From: Nitrospinales bacterium
GTDB lineage: Bacteria > Nitrospinota > Nitrospinia > Nitrospinales > VA-1
Reading direction: 5' to 3'
Assembly (NCBI GenBank): GCA_965262115.1
Contig: OZ253496.1
Span: forward strand, 1,216,001-1,280,000
DNA: 64,000 nucleotides
Part shown: in pieces, positions 50,499 to 60,999 of the stretch
Layout: each line of letters starts with the position of its first letter
Position numbering within the stretch: position 1 is the stretch's first letter
The notes under the pieces: model-generated
The model's database searches: none
What the model was told of the DNA's origin: nothing
What the model saw: the letters and a program-made list of their open reading frames with translations, nothing else
Position numbers and translations under genes: made by a program

Positions 50499-50822
50499 CT
50501 AAATCTCAATATAAAGACCGTCTTCTTCGATGGCAACTTTATAGGTGGGGGTGGTGTCGGAGCGGTTGAATTTGCAATATCCTTTTCTAATATTCCAGCC
50601 GCATTCCTCTTTACCGCAGAAAGCAAACATTCCCTTCAACACACCCAGTCCTAGACTGCCTTCGCAACAGCGACACTGGTCGGTGAGGCAATAAAATTTG
50701 CCTTCGACCTGAAACAACGCGAGAACGTAGTCAATCTCTGTATAAAGGTGCTTAAAATGAATTTGTTTGCCGGTCCCTTCTGGCGGAGCATCGTTGAGCT
50801 CTGAAACCTTGAGTTTAGACAT
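50499..50822 (-). CDS. Rieske-type ferredoxin-like protein with non-canonical ligands
   Basis: ALFQVEGKFYC.DQCRC-x16-CGKE...WNIRKG...TYKVAIEEDGLYIEI follows the small-Rieske layout. Confidence 0.75.
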   Translation of the reverse strand: MSKLKVSELNDAPPEGTGKQIHFKHLYTEIDYVLALFQVEGKFYCLTDQCRCCEGSLGLGVLKGMFAFCGKEECGWNIRKGYCKFNRSDTTPTYKVAIEEDGLYIEI

Positions 50823-50824
50823 GA

Positions 50825-51097
50825 TCAGTCCTGAGGCAGGTATGGACCAAAACGGTCACGATAATATTTTTCCAGATCCCAGCGGAACCTTCCCTTCAGG
50901 TGAGGGAGGTCTTCGGCGACCTGGTGGTCAAACGCCACATAGTCCTGTGATTTTTTCTCGATGTCCTCTTCCCTTTTCACATTAGGGTCTAAATAGGAGT
51001 CGCCCAACGCCGAAGTCCCTACAATGAGTTTCTGGCCTTTTTTAATCCACTGGCCCAGCATGAGCCTTTCTTCATCTGTTCCTGGTTCTATTGCCAT
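50825..51097 (-). CDS. Hypothetical protein
   Basis: 90 aa from ATG 51097; stop 2 nt before the Rieske-like start. Confidence 0.75.
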   Translation of the reverse strand: MAIEPGTDEERLMLGQWIKKGQKLIVGTSALGDSYLDPNVKREEDIEKKSQDYVAFDHQVAEDLPHLKGRFRWDLEKYYRDRFGPYLPQD

Positions 51098-51165
51098 AAC
51101 AACATTTCCTTGGGGGAAAACAAAATCACGGGTCTTTTCAAACCTCCTCAATCCCCCTTGTCAGG

Positions 51166-51519
51166 GAGAGTTTTGCGTAACCCCGGATTACCCCTACGGG
51201 GCACAAAGTTTAGGGAAAAATATCACGTCTTCGTCACGTTGTTCCTCAGAATGACAAAATGGCCTTGCGCTGTCATTCTGAGGAACAACGTGACGAAGAA
51301 TCTGAGAAAAAGGGGGACAACCTGAAACCTTCTGGTTGTAACCCCAGCCCTCTCTGAAAAAGGCGGAAGCAGAAATCCCCCCTCCCTTCACAGGGAGGGG
51401 CCAGGGGAGGGTTGGATTATGAATTCCGTAAAAATAATCCACACCCCTCCGCGGCTACGCCTTGCCTCCCCTCATGAGAGGGGAGGATCAATGAGAATCT
51501 CAGGTTATGCAAAGCTCTC
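51166..51519. mobile_element. 354-bp composite family A MITE with 9-bp TSD
   Basis: GAGAGTTTTGCGTAACC and GGTTATGCAAAGCTCTC; TSD CTTGTCAGG at 51157-51165 and 51520-51528; perfect 29-bp stem 51228-51256/51271-51299. Confidence 0.93.
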
Positions 51520-51657
51520 CTTGTCAGGGGGAGGTTTAAACACTGGCCCCACGCCGAGTGGTTGCAATGTGAGTGGGCAATAAGGTAGCATAAGTACCGA
51601 TCCATTATCAATTTTGTCGTTAACACCGTTAATTTTTTAGAAAGTTAGAGGAGATTT

Positions 51658-52188
51658 ATGTCGTCAGAACAGCAAGCGGAAAAAACTGCGGAAGAACATT
51701 TTAATGATGGCCTGGCATTCAGCAAGCTGGGTGATGACCGCAGAACTTTCGAATCTTACAAGAAGGCTATTGAGCTCGATCCCAACCATTTTCTGGCCTA
51801 TTTCAATATTGGAATACGTTATGGAAAACTGCGGATGAACCTGGAGGCCGCGCAATACTTTCGCGAGGCGTTGCGTTTAAAACCCGAGGCTCCGATGGTT
51901 CATTACAGCCTGGCTGTGGTCAGCAATTTCATCGGCGAGATGGAAGAAGCCTTCAAGCATTATAAAGAAGCCCTTCGCATCAACCCAGATTTCGGCAGAG
52001 CCCACAGCAATATTGCCATGCTCTATTATGGAATTAAATCCGGTAAAGAAACCATTCATCATCTTACCAGGGCGGCGGAACTTTTTAAGGGGACGGGCGA
52101 TGAGTTTATGGAAAAAAATGCCCACGACCTCATTCAGGAATGCGGCAGGGAATTCAACCTGACCCCTGAAGACTGCCAAACTCTCTAA
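51658..52188 (+). CDS. TPR protein
   Basis: Three to four TPR units (KAIELDPN, EALRLKPE, EALRINPD). Confidence 0.9.
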   Translation: MSSEQQAEKTAEEHFNDGLAFSKLGDDRRTFESYKKAIELDPNHFLAYFNIGIRYGKLRMNLEAAQYFREALRLKPEAPMVHYSLAVVSNFIGEMEEAFKHYKEALRINPDFGRAHSNIAMLYYGIKSGKETIHHLTRAAELFKGTGDEFMEKNAHDLIQECGREFNLTPEDCQTL

Positions 52189-52195
52189 AATTTAT

Positions 52196-53572
52196 ATGGA
52201 TTTTGATGTCGCCATTATTGGCGGAGGTTCGGCAGGTTATTCCTCCGCTTCCACCGCCCAGTCGCTGGGAGCCCGGGTGGCCATTATTGATCCCGGCCCT
52301 TTGGGAGGCTTATGTATTCTCAAGGGATGCATGCCGACCAAAACCATCCTGCGTTCCTCCGACATCATGTCGTTGATGCGCCGGGCCAAGGAATTCGGCA
52401 TCCAGCCGGTTGACCCGCATGCCCACCTTTCTGACATCAACGACCGCAAAAATAAACTCATTAAAGAATTTGCCGATTATCGAATCGAACAACTGAAAGA
52501 CTCCCGGTTCACCCTCATTCAGGAACCGGCCCAGTTCATCTCGCCTCATGAAATCCGCGCCGGAGACCAAACCCTCAAATCGAAATTCTTCATCATCGCC
52601 ACCGGTTCGGTGGTGGCCGACTATCCGGTTCCGGGCCTTGAGGAAACCGGCTTCGTCATCAGCGATGATGTTTTAAAAATGCGAGAGGCACCCGAGTCGA
52701 TCATTGTTCTGGGTGCCGGGGCGGTGGCGGTGGAACTGGCCCAGTTTTTTTTGCGCATCGGCGTCAAGGTAACGCTCCTGCAAAGAAGTCCGCACATTTT
52801 ATCGAAAGGCGATGAAGATCTGGCGCGCCCGGTCGAAACCCGGTTTCGCGAAGAGGGAATGGATCTTTATACCCAAACAAAAATCCTCCGGGCGGAGAAG
52901 GAATCGGAAGGCTCTGCTATTTATTTCCAGCATGAAGGAAAAGAAAAACAAGTCCGTGCCCAGATCATCCTTCAGGCTTTGGGACGAAGACCCAATATAG
53001 ACGGACTCCAACTGGAGTCAGCAAGGGTCGAAGTCCAAAAAGGCCGCATTCCTGTCGACGCAAAAATGAAAACCAATCAACCGCATATTTTTGCTGTCGG
53101 TGACGTGAATGGAGTTCATGAAGTGGTGCATATCGCCATTCAGCAGGGGGAGGTGGCAGGTTTTAACGCCATGCATCCCAAAAGTGAGCGTGAGGTCGAT
53201 GACCGGCTCAAGGCCTCAGTGGTTTTCACCGACCCGGCAGTCGCCAGCGTGGGGTTGAGCGAAAAAGAATGTCAGGTCGGCAATATCGCTTATCTGGCGG
53301 CGTCCCATTCTTTTGACGATCACGGTAAGTCGATGTGCCTGGGAGAAACGCATGGCCATGCAAAATTACTCTGCGATCCTGTTTCGGGAGAAGTGTTGGG
53401 GGGACATATTGTCGGCCCGGAAGCGGGGGAACTGATTCACGAGATCATCACCCTCATGCATTTTCGCGGCACGGTAAAAGACCTTGCAGCAATACCGCAT
53501 TATCACCCTACCCTGGCAGAAATCCTGACCTATCCTGCTGAAGAACTGCTTGAACAATTACCCGACCATTGA
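52196..53572 (+). CDS. Pyridine nucleotide-disulfide oxidoreductase (dihydrolipoamide dehydrogenase-like)
   Basis: GGGSAG; GGLCILKGCMPTK; HYHPTLAE; no C-terminal Cys pair. Confidence 0.9.
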   Translation: MDFDVAIIGGGSAGYSSASTAQSLGARVAIIDPGPLGGLCILKGCMPTKTILRSSDIMSLMRRAKEFGIQPVDPHAHLSDINDRKNKLIKEFADYRIEQLKDSRFTLIQEPAQFISPHEIRAGDQTLKSKFFIIATGSVVADYPVPGLEETGFVISDDVLKMREAPESIIVLGAGAVAVELAQFFLRIGVKVTLLQRSPHILSKGDEDLARPVETRFREEGMDLYTQTKILRAEKESEGSAIYFQHEGKEKQVRAQIILQALGRRPNIDGLQLESARVEVQKGRIPVDAKMKTNQPHIFAVGDVNGVHEVVHIAIQQGEVAGFNAMHPKSEREVDDRLKASVVFTDPAVASVGLSEKECQVGNIAYLAASHSFDDHGKSMCLGETHGHAKLLCDPVSGEVLGGHIVGPEAGELIHEIITLMHFRGTVKDLAAIPHYHPTLAEILTYPAEELLEQLPDH

Positions 53573-53575
53573 CAA

Positions 53576-54922
53576 CTACATCGCTTCCAGATTTTCGGCC
53601 AAGCGGTCCATTTCTTCGCGGCTGTTCAATTCCGTCACGCAAATCAGCAGGCAGTTTTTTAAATCCGGGTAATAGGACTCCAAAGCATAACCCCCGATGA
53701 TGCCTTCCTGTTTCAAAGCGTTTAAAACTTCCTCTACCGGGCGGGGACATTCGAGAACAAATTCATTAAACGTGTCGGCGGAGAAACGGATCTTAAAATT
53801 CGGCACATGAGCCAGCCGGTTTTTTAAATAGTCGGCTTTTCTCAAGTTCAGCACCGCCAGTTCACGAAAGCCCTGCTTTCCCAGAGTAGACATAAAAATG
53901 GCCGTGGCCAGGGCGCACAGTCCCTGATTGGTGCAGATATTGGACGTGGCCCGCTCGCGCCGAATGTGCTGTTCCCGGGTGGACAGGGTCAGGACAAAAG
54001 CACGTTTCCCATTCTGGTCCACGGTTTCCCCGGCCAGGCGTCCCGGCATTTGCCTTAAAAATTTTTCGCGTGTGGCGAAAAATCCAACATAAGGCCCGCC
54101 ATAAGAAACCGGCAGTCCCAGCGACTGCCCTTCACCCACAACGATATCCGCACCATGCGTTCCCGGCGCCTGTAGAATCCCCAAAGACAAAGCCTCTGCC
54201 ACAGCAACGATCAGGAGCGTTCCATTTTCCGCGAGTTTTTCTTTTAACGAGGCATATTCTTCCACCGTTCCCAAAAAGTTTGGCGATTGCAGAACAACGG
54301 CAGAAGTGTTCTCGGTCAAGCTCTCGGTGATGGCAGAGAGATCGGTTTTCCCTTTTTCGTCAAAAGGGATTTCTTTGAGGTTGAAGTTGCTTCGGCTCGT
54401 ATAGGTCTGGGTCACCTTACGGTATTCGGGGTGGACCCCTCGTGAAACTAGAAATTCTGTGCGGCGATTGACCCGGTTAGACATCACCACCGCTTCGGCG
54501 AGGGCCGAAGCCCCGTCATACATCGAGGCATTGGCGATATCCATCCCGGTTAACAGACAGATCATCGTCTGAAATTCATAAATGGCCTGAAGAGTTCCCT
54601 GGCTGACTTCCGGTTGATACGGCGTGTAACTGGTGGAGAATTCGCCACGCAAAATCAGATGATCGATCAATACGGGAGAAAAATGGTGATAGGCTCCGGC
54701 ACCGAGAAAGATAGAATGGTCCTCGGCGGTGGCATTTTTTTTCTGCAGTCGTTTCAGGTATCCGGTCAGCTCGCTTTCGGACAGACTCTCAGGCAGTCCC
54801 AGCAGGCTGTCTCCCAATTGTAAGGAATCGGGAATGCTGTCGAACAGTTCATCGATATTCTGCACGCCGATTTCGGCAAGCATCAGCCTGATATCCTGTT
54901 CTGTATGGGGGATATACCTCAT
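53576..54922 (-). CDS. gcvPA: Glycine dehydrogenase subunit 1 (P protein alpha)
   Basis: YTPYQPEVSQG; NASMYDG; REQHIRRERATSNICTN. Confidence 0.97.
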   Translation of the reverse strand: MRYIPHTEQDIRLMLAEIGVQNIDELFDSIPDSLQLGDSLLGLPESLSESELTGYLKRLQKKNATAEDHSIFLGAGAYHHFSPVLIDHLILRGEFSTSYTPYQPEVSQGTLQAIYEFQTMICLLTGMDIANASMYDGASALAEAVVMSNRVNRRTEFLVSRGVHPEYRKVTQTYTSRSNFNLKEIPFDEKGKTDLSAITESLTENTSAVVLQSPNFLGTVEEYASLKEKLAENGTLLIVAVAEALSLGILQAPGTHGADIVVGEGQSLGLPVSYGGPYVGFFATREKFLRQMPGRLAGETVDQNGKRAFVLTLSTREQHIRRERATSNICTNQGLCALATAIFMSTLGKQGFRELAVLNLRKADYLKNRLAHVPNFKIRFSADTFNEFVLECPRPVEEVLNALKQEGIIGGYALESYYPDLKNCLLICVTELNSREEMDRLAENLEAM

Positions 54923-54940
54923 AGGCCGGGAAAAGGGGTT

Positions 54941-55330
54941 TTACTCCATCTCCTTTTGGCATTGTTCGCTGTAAGCATCCGCATCGAGAAGAGATTTAAG
55001 ATTGGTTTCGTCAGAAAGCTCGATCTCAACAATCCATCCCTCGCCGTAGGGTTCGCTGTTGACCTTTTCCGGGTTGGTCTCCAAATCCTTATTCACAGCG
55101 GTGACCTTACCGTCGGCCGGTGCATAAAGGTCGGAAACGGTTTTCACGGACTCCACAACTCCGAAGGGACTTCCTTGTTCAACCTGGCTACCCACTTCCG
55201 GCAGTTCGACAAAAACAATATCTCCCAATTGCTCCTGGGCAAACTCGGAGATACCGATCACAGCTTTCTTGCCGTCAACGCGGATCCATTCATGCTCCTG
55301 CGTATACTTTAAATCCTGGGGAACCTCCAT
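54941..55330 (-). CDS. gcvH: Glycine cleavage H protein
   Basis: HEWI; ESVKTVS lipoyl-Lys; PYGEGW. Confidence 0.98.
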   Translation of the reverse strand: MEVPQDLKYTQEHEWIRVDGKKAVIGISEFAQEQLGDIVFVELPEVGSQVEQGSPFGVVESVKTVSDLYAPADGKVTAVNKDLETNPEKVNSEPYGEGWIVEIELSDETNLKSLLDADAYSEQCQKEME

Positions 55331-55351
55331 GACGCCTCCGTTAATTAGCGA

Positions 55352-56473
55352 TTAATCTTTTTTGACACGGGTCGGTAAAAAAGGCGGCTTGACGACCTCA
55401 GTGGGCACGCTCAATTTCCTGATCTCCACTTCCAATTCCGTTCCGGGTTTCGCATATTCAGGGAATACATAACATAATCCGATCCCTGTATTCAAGGAGG
55501 GGGAAAAAGTTCCACTGGTCAGTTCACCAACGGGAGCCCCATTTTTTAACACCCGGTAATGCGGGCGCGGCACTCCCCGCTCCAGCAGACGAATCCCTAC
55601 CAACTTGCGTCTATTCCCCGCATCTTTTTGTTTTTTAAGCTCTGCCTGCCCTATGAACTCCTGCTTTCCCAGCTTGATGACCCAACCCAACCCAGCCTCC
55701 AGCGGCCTGGATTCCTCATTAATTTCGTTACCGTAAAGGGCGTATCCCATTTCCATTCTCAAAGTATCCCGGGCTCCCAAGCCAATAGGCTGAAGGTTAA
55801 ACTCTTTGCCGGCATTGAGTATGGCCCTGAAAACAGTTTCAGCGTGGACCGCATCGACATAAATCTCAAAACCATCTTCACCGGTGTATCCGGTTCGCGC
55901 GATGATACTTGCAAAATTGTAGATTTTTTCTTCTTTAAAATGGTAGTATCTGATTTCGCTCAAAGGGGCTTCACATAATTTTTGCAACAGGGCCTCAGAG
56001 TGTTTCCCTTGTATCGCCAGTTGCGCGGTTTCATAACTGGTATTTCGAATGGTGGCATCGCAAGACCCGGTATTTTTTAAAATCCATTGGAAATCTTTTT
56101 CCGTATTCGCAGCATTCACACAAAGGAAATAATGATCTTCAGAAAAACGGTGGACCAGCAAATCATCCACCACACCGCCGTTCTCCAGACACATCAGGGT
56201 ATAAAGGGCCTGATTGTCCTGCATTGAGTCAATATCATTGGTCATCAGTTTTTGAATCAGGCTCTTGGCAGAAGGTCCCTGGATCTCGATCTCGCCCATA
56301 TGGCTGACATCGAATATGCCAACGCCATCGCGGACGCATTGATGTTCCTGAATGACCCCTTGAAACTGAATGGGCATTTTCCATCCCGCAAAAGGAACCA
56401 GCTTGCCCCCGAGCTCTTTATGGGTATTGGTCAAAGGGGTGGTTTTCAGGCTTGAGGAAGTTTCTTGAGACAT
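55352..56473 (-). CDS. gcvT: Glycine cleavage aminomethyltransferase
   Basis: FDVSHMG; RTGYTGEDGFE; GLGARDTLRME. Confidence 0.98.
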   Translation of the reverse strand: MSQETSSSLKTTPLTNTHKELGGKLVPFAGWKMPIQFQGVIQEHQCVRDGVGIFDVSHMGEIEIQGPSAKSLIQKLMTNDIDSMQDNQALYTLMCLENGGVVDDLLVHRFSEDHYFLCVNAANTEKDFQWILKNTGSCDATIRNTSYETAQLAIQGKHSEALLQKLCEAPLSEIRYYHFKEEKIYNFASIIARTGYTGEDGFEIYVDAVHAETVFRAILNAGKEFNLQPIGLGARDTLRMEMGYALYGNEINEESRPLEAGLGWVIKLGKQEFIGQAELKKQKDAGNRRKLVGIRLLERGVPRPHYRVLKNGAPVGELTSGTFSPSLNTGIGLCYVFPEYAKPGTELEVEIRKLSVPTEVVKPPFLPTRVKKD

Positions 56474-56579
56474 GTTCAAAAAATCTGGTATTTTGGATGA
56501 AGAACATAAACTCTGTGTATAACCAATTTCATTAGAGAGCGCAAGGTATTATAGTCGAAAGAGAGAGGATTCTTATTGT

Positions 56580-57617
56580 ATGAGTTCAACGAACGGCCAT
56601 AAAAAATATGACGTGGTCCTGGTTGCAGGAGAAGGAAAATCCAGCTACAAGGTCCATCATCAGAACAAGGCTTTTTTGACCATCAATGGAAAGTGCATTG
56701 TTCATTACATCGTCGAGACTCTACAACAGGTAGAATCTATTCAGGATATTTATGTCGTGGGTCACAAAGAAAAACTGCAACAGGTTTTTCTTTCGGGACG
56801 GGTCGACTTGGAATCTCCCAAGCGTATTCACATTGTCGAACAAAAAACCAATCTTTACGAAAACGTCTGGCATACTTTCCTGCAGTCCTTAAAGGATGAA
56901 AATGGGAAAGCGCCGAACACCGAGTCCCATCGCGATCGAGCAATCCTGATTGTACCTTGTGACGCTCCGCTGATGACCCCGCAGGAAGTGGAGTATTTTG
57001 TTTCCCATGCGGACATGGAAAATCACGATCACGTTTTGGGATTGGTTTCTCGTGAAAAGCTGAAATATTTTTATCCGCAAAAAAAGAAACCGGGTATAAA
57101 AATGGCCTACCTTCATATTAAGGAAGACAGCTTCCGGATTAACAATCTGCATCTGGTTAAACCCTTGCGCATTGAGAACCGGGAATATATCCAGAAAATG
57201 TATCAGTACCGCTACCAGAGAAATTTTAAAAACCTGGTGCTTTTTGCTTTATCGCTTTTTGGAAAAGGCAAGGTTCAGCATTACAAAAACTATATCGGCC
57301 TGCAATTATGCCTGTTTTTTACCAGCCTCGGGCTCGATTTCCTGGTCGATTATTTTCGCAACTTGAATCCTAAAAAAGAACTGGAAGAAAGCATCTCCAC
57401 TGTCATGAAAACCCGTTTTGTAGCTTTGGAAGTTCCCTACCCGGCAGCGGCTTTGGATATTGATAACGCTAAAGACTATGAGGCTATGAAGACCCGTTTT
57501 GATGAATGGTGGAAATATTTGCGAGAAAATAAAAAATCCCCAACCTTTACCGAAAATTACGAGGTTTCCCGCACCACTCCCACTGAGGAAATAGCGCGAC
57601 CTTCTCCCACGCACTGA
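56580..57617 (+). CDS. MobA-like nucleotidyltransferase family protein
   Basis: VLVAG...NKAFL; VPCDAPL; LDIDN. Confidence 0.8.
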   Translation: MSSTNGHKKYDVVLVAGEGKSSYKVHHQNKAFLTINGKCIVHYIVETLQQVESIQDIYVVGHKEKLQQVFLSGRVDLESPKRIHIVEQKTNLYENVWHTFLQSLKDENGKAPNTESHRDRAILIVPCDAPLMTPQEVEYFVSHADMENHDHVLGLVSREKLKYFYPQKKKPGIKMAYLHIKEDSFRINNLHLVKPLRIENREYIQKMYQYRYQRNFKNLVLFALSLFGKGKVQHYKNYIGLQLCLFFTSLGLDFLVDYFRNLNPKKELEESISTVMKTRFVALEVPYPAAALDIDNAKDYEAMKTRFDEWWKYLRENKKSPTFTENYEVSRTTPTEEIARPSPTH

Positions 57618-57619
57618 CT

Positions 57620-57755
57620 GCTAACCGCAGAGGCTGTGATATTTCCAGCATTAACTTTACCCTTTCAGGGCATGAAGACAAATAAAGAGGGCATCACACG
57701 TATACCCCGCAAGGGTAAAAAAGCTATTGCAAATTACTAGCGGAGGTTCTCCGCA
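57620..57755. repeat. Family B end plus nested ~39-nt mini-elements
   Basis: TGTGATATT...CCCTTTCAGGG; CCCCGCAAGGGTAAAAAAGCTATTGCAAATTACTAGCGGAGGTTCTCCGC. Confidence 0.75.
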
Positions 57756-57808
57756 CCGGCATGCCATCCCGAGTGGATTGAGCATGCTTTTTGGATATTA
57801 AATACGTT

Positions 57809-59611
57809 ATGACACAGGACCGATTAAGAAATTTTTCCATCATTGCCCATATTGATCACGGCAAGTCCACCCTGGCCGACAAGCTGATCCTAGCCACCTC
57901 GGCGATCCCCCTGCGGGAAATGAAAGAACAGGTGCTGGACAATATGGATTTGGAACGGGAACGCGGGATCACCATCAAGGCTCAAACGGTACGCCTGAAA
58001 TACAACGCCAAAGATAAACAGGGTTATGTGTTCAACATGATTGATACTCCGGGTCATGTGGATTTCACCTATGAGGTATCCCGCAGTCTTGCCGCCTGCG
58101 AAGGGGTATTGCTGGTCGTGGACGCAACACAAGGCATTCAGGCACAAACTATCGCCAACCTCAACCTGGCCTTGCAACATGACCTGACCGTCATACCGGT
58201 GATCAATAAAATCGACCTGCCCAGCGCAAACCCGAACTTTATAAAAGAACAACTGGAAGATGTCTTGCAGATAGAATCCACAGATGCCGTTCTGGTCAGT
58301 GCCAAGGAAGGAATCGGGATCGATGAATTGATGGAAGCCGTGGTTCGGCAGATTCCTCCACCGACCGGGGACGCTTCCGGAAAATTGCAAGCCCTGCTCT
58401 TCGACGCATGGTATGACGCGTACCGGGGGGTTATCATCCTGGTCAAGATACAGCAGGGGAGCCTGAAGACGGGTGAGGAAATAATGATGATGGCAACGGG
58501 AAACCGGTTCATGATCGAAGAGCTAGGCACGTTCAATCCCAGGGAGGAGAAAAGCACCGAACTCCGGGCGGGAGAGGTGGGCTACCTGGTCGCCAATATC
58601 AAAGAACTGGATCAAACCAAGGTGGGAGACACCATCACCCATTCCAGGAACTCCGCCGAAGAACCCCTGCCCGGTTACAAAGAAGTTAAACCCATGGTTT
58701 TCAGCGGACTGTATCCGATCAGCGGTGACGACTATGAAGATTTGCGCGATGCGCTAAAAAAACTCACGTTGAACGATGCCTCGTTTTCTTATGAGGCAGA
58801 AACTTCCACGGCCCTGGGTTTCGGGTTCCGTTGTGGATTCCTGGGTTTACTGCACATGGAAATTATTAGGGAACGAATTGAACGTGAATACAAGGTTGAC
58901 CTTCTCACTACCGCGCCCACCGTCATCTATAAAATTATCACCGCTGATGGGAAAACGTTGATGATCGACAACCCTTCCAAACTGCAAGAACAAAAAAATA
59001 TCGACCATTTTGAGGAACCTTACGTCTTAGGAACCATCATCGTTCCGGAAGAATATATCGGGGTGGTGATGGCACTGGTCCGCGACCGCAGAGGAGTCCA
59101 GAAAAAAATGGAATACATGAACCCGGAAACGGTCCTGCTGGAATATGAACTGCCTTTTAACGAAATCGTCCTGAATTTTTATGACCGTCTCAAATCAGAC
59201 ACCAAAGGTTACGCTTCGTTCGACTATGAATTTATAGATTTCAGGACATCCAATCTGGTAAAGTTGGATGTTCTTTTGAATGGAGAGCTGGTCGACGCAC
59301 TATCTTTGATCGCCCATAAAGATAAAGTGTTTTATCAGGGCCGCGACTTGGCTAAAAAACTCAAGGAGCAGATACCGCGTCAAATGTTCGAGGTCGCAAT
59401 TCAGGCGGCGATAGGCAGTAAAGTCATTGCGCGTGAAACGGTTAAGGCGCTCAGGAAAAATGTTCTGGCAAAATGTTACGGTGGTGATATCACCCGCAAA
59501 CGCAAACTACTGGAAAAACAAAAAGAGGGTAAGAAGAAAATGAAACAGGTGGGTAGCGTGGAAATTCCCCAGGAAGCCTTTCTCGCAATATTGAGGACTG
59601 ATGACAAATAA
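57809..59611 (+). CDS. lepA: Translation elongation factor 4
   Basis: [38 protein letters not shown]. Confidence 0.99.
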   Translation: MTQDRLRNFSIIAHIDHGKSTLADKLILATSAIPLREMKEQVLDNMDLERERGITIKAQTVRLKYNAKDKQGYVFNMIDTPGHVDFTYEVSRSLAACEGVLLVVDATQGIQAQTIANLNLALQHDLTVIPVINKIDLPSANPNFIKEQLEDVLQIESTDAVLVSAKEGIGIDELMEAVVRQIPPPTGDASGKLQALLFDAWYDAYRGVIILVKIQQGSLKTGEEIMMMATGNRFMIEELGTFNPREEKSTELRAGEVGYLVANIKELDQTKVGDTITHSRNSAEEPLPGYKEVKPMVFSGLYPISGDDYEDLRDALKKLTLNDASFSYEAETSTALGFGFRCGFLGLLHMEIIRERIEREYKVDLLTTAPTVIYKIITADGKTLMIDNPSKLQEQKNIDHFEEPYVLGTIIVPEEYIGVVMALVRDRRGVQKKMEYMNPETVLLEYELPFNEIVLNFYDRLKSDTKGYASFDYEFIDFRTSNLVKLDVLLNGELVDALSLIAHKDKVFYQGRDLAKKLKEQIPRQMFEVAIQAAIGSKVIARETVKALRKNVLAKCYGGDITRKRKLLEKQKEGKKKMKQVGSVEIPQEAFLAILRTDDK

Positions 59612-60278
59612 AACCCACCCTGACGCTCCGGCCGCAGAGACCAAAGTCCAAGCAAAAAGCCTGACCCGCGAGTATACCGAGGCCATTTTAATCGCCCTGC
59701 TTCTGGCCTTATTGATCCGCACATTTATTATCCAGGCATTTAAAATTCCTTCTGGCTCCATGGAAACCACACTCCTTATCGGTGATCACATCCTGGTTTC
59801 CAAGTTTCCTTATGGCACGCATATCCCTAACGAAATCCCTTTCCTTAATATCAAACTGTTTGACGATATAGTCTTTTTTACAAAAGTTCCTGAAAGAGGA
59901 GACATCATCGTTTTCAAATACCCTAAGGATGAAACCCGGGATTTCATAAAACGCGTGATCGGCCTGCCAGGGGACTTGCTGGAAGTACGGCGGCAAAAAG
60001 TTTATATCAATGGCAAGCCTTATGAAGATACCCATGCCCGCCATACCGAATCACCCTCAGACAGTGCATTGGTGCCTCGGGATGACTTCGGCCCCATTCC
60101 TATTCCGGAAAGCCATGTCTTTGTTATGGGCGATAACCGGGAGAATAGTCATGACAGCCGCTATTGGGGTTATTTGAATGTTAAAAAAATTCGCGGCAAG
60201 GCACTTATGATTTACTGGTCCTGGGATCGAATTGAAAGCTGGGTTCGGTTTGAACGGTTCGGAAAAATTCTGGAATAG
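59601..60278 (+). CDS. lepB: Signal peptidase I
   Basis: [27 protein letters not shown]. Confidence 0.98.
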   Translation: MTNKTHPDAPAAETKVQAKSLTREYTEAILIALLLALLIRTFIIQAFKIPSGSMETTLLIGDHILVSKFPYGTHIPNEIPFLNIKLFDDIVFFTKVPERGDIIVFKYPKDETRDFIKRVIGLPGDLLEVRRQKVYINGKPYEDTHARHTESPSDSALVPRDDFGPIPIPESHVFVMGDNRENSHDSRYWGYLNVKKIRGKALMIYWSWDRIESWVRFERFGKILE

Positions 60279-60284
60279 CCCGGC

Positions 60285-60977
60285 ATGACAGAACCTTCCA
60301 CATTAAAAAGCAGGCTGCATTCCCTGCTCACTCACTGCAAGGCCACCATTCTCGACTTTGACGGATTGCTGGCCGATTCGGAACCTTACCACTACCGGGC
60401 TTATAACGAAGTTTTTGAACGGTACGGACACACCCTGAATCAGGAAGAATATTGGGTGGAATGGACCTCGAAAGGAAAAGGCATAGCCGGAGAGATCGAA
60501 CGCCACAACCTTAAACTGGATGTGGACCCGGTCGGCTTGAGAAATCAGAAATTCGAGGTGTATTCCCGTTTTTGCAAGAGTGGAGAGATCAAATTGTTTC
60601 CGTTGGCACAGAGCATGGCAGAAAGCCTGTCGGTCAATCACAAGCTTGCCATCGCCTCGGGGTCCTGGGCCAAGGACATTCGCGCTATTCTCAAAAATGC
60701 TGACGCATTGAAGCTGTTCCCGGTTATTCTGGGAAAGGAATCGGCGATCCGGGAAAAACCACATCCCGATATTTTTTTAAATGCCGCAGAAAAACTGGGC
60801 TGCACTCCCAGTGAATGCTTCGTTCTGGAAGACGCACTAAAAGGACTCAATGCAGCTAGAGAAGCAGGAATGCCCTGCATCATTCTCAGAAATCCCTTGA
60901 ATCGCAATATAAATTTTGACGGCGCAGAACTGATCTTCGAAAGTCTTGAAGATTTCAGTTCTGCATTGAAAACCTGA
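60285..60977 (+). CDS. HAD-family phosphatase (beta-PGM-like)
   Basis: DFDGLLADSE; KPHPDIF; LEDA. Confidence 0.93.
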   Translation: MTEPSTLKSRLHSLLTHCKATILDFDGLLADSEPYHYRAYNEVFERYGHTLNQEEYWVEWTSKGKGIAGEIERHNLKLDVDPVGLRNQKFEVYSRFCKSGEIKLFPLAQSMAESLSVNHKLAIASGSWAKDIRAILKNADALKLFPVILGKESAIREKPHPDIFLNAAEKLGCTPSECFVLEDALKGLNAAREAGMPCIILRNPLNRNINFDGAELIFESLEDFSSALKT

Positions 60978-60999
60978 AACCTTCCTCCGCATTCCGTTT

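Noticed and set aside
51194..51626. ORFs of 82 and 69 aa
   Set aside because: They lie largely within the composite MITE and are translations of repeats.
52196..53572. Mercuric reductase MerA
   Set aside because: No C-terminal Cys-Cys pair, no HMA domain and no mer genes nearby.
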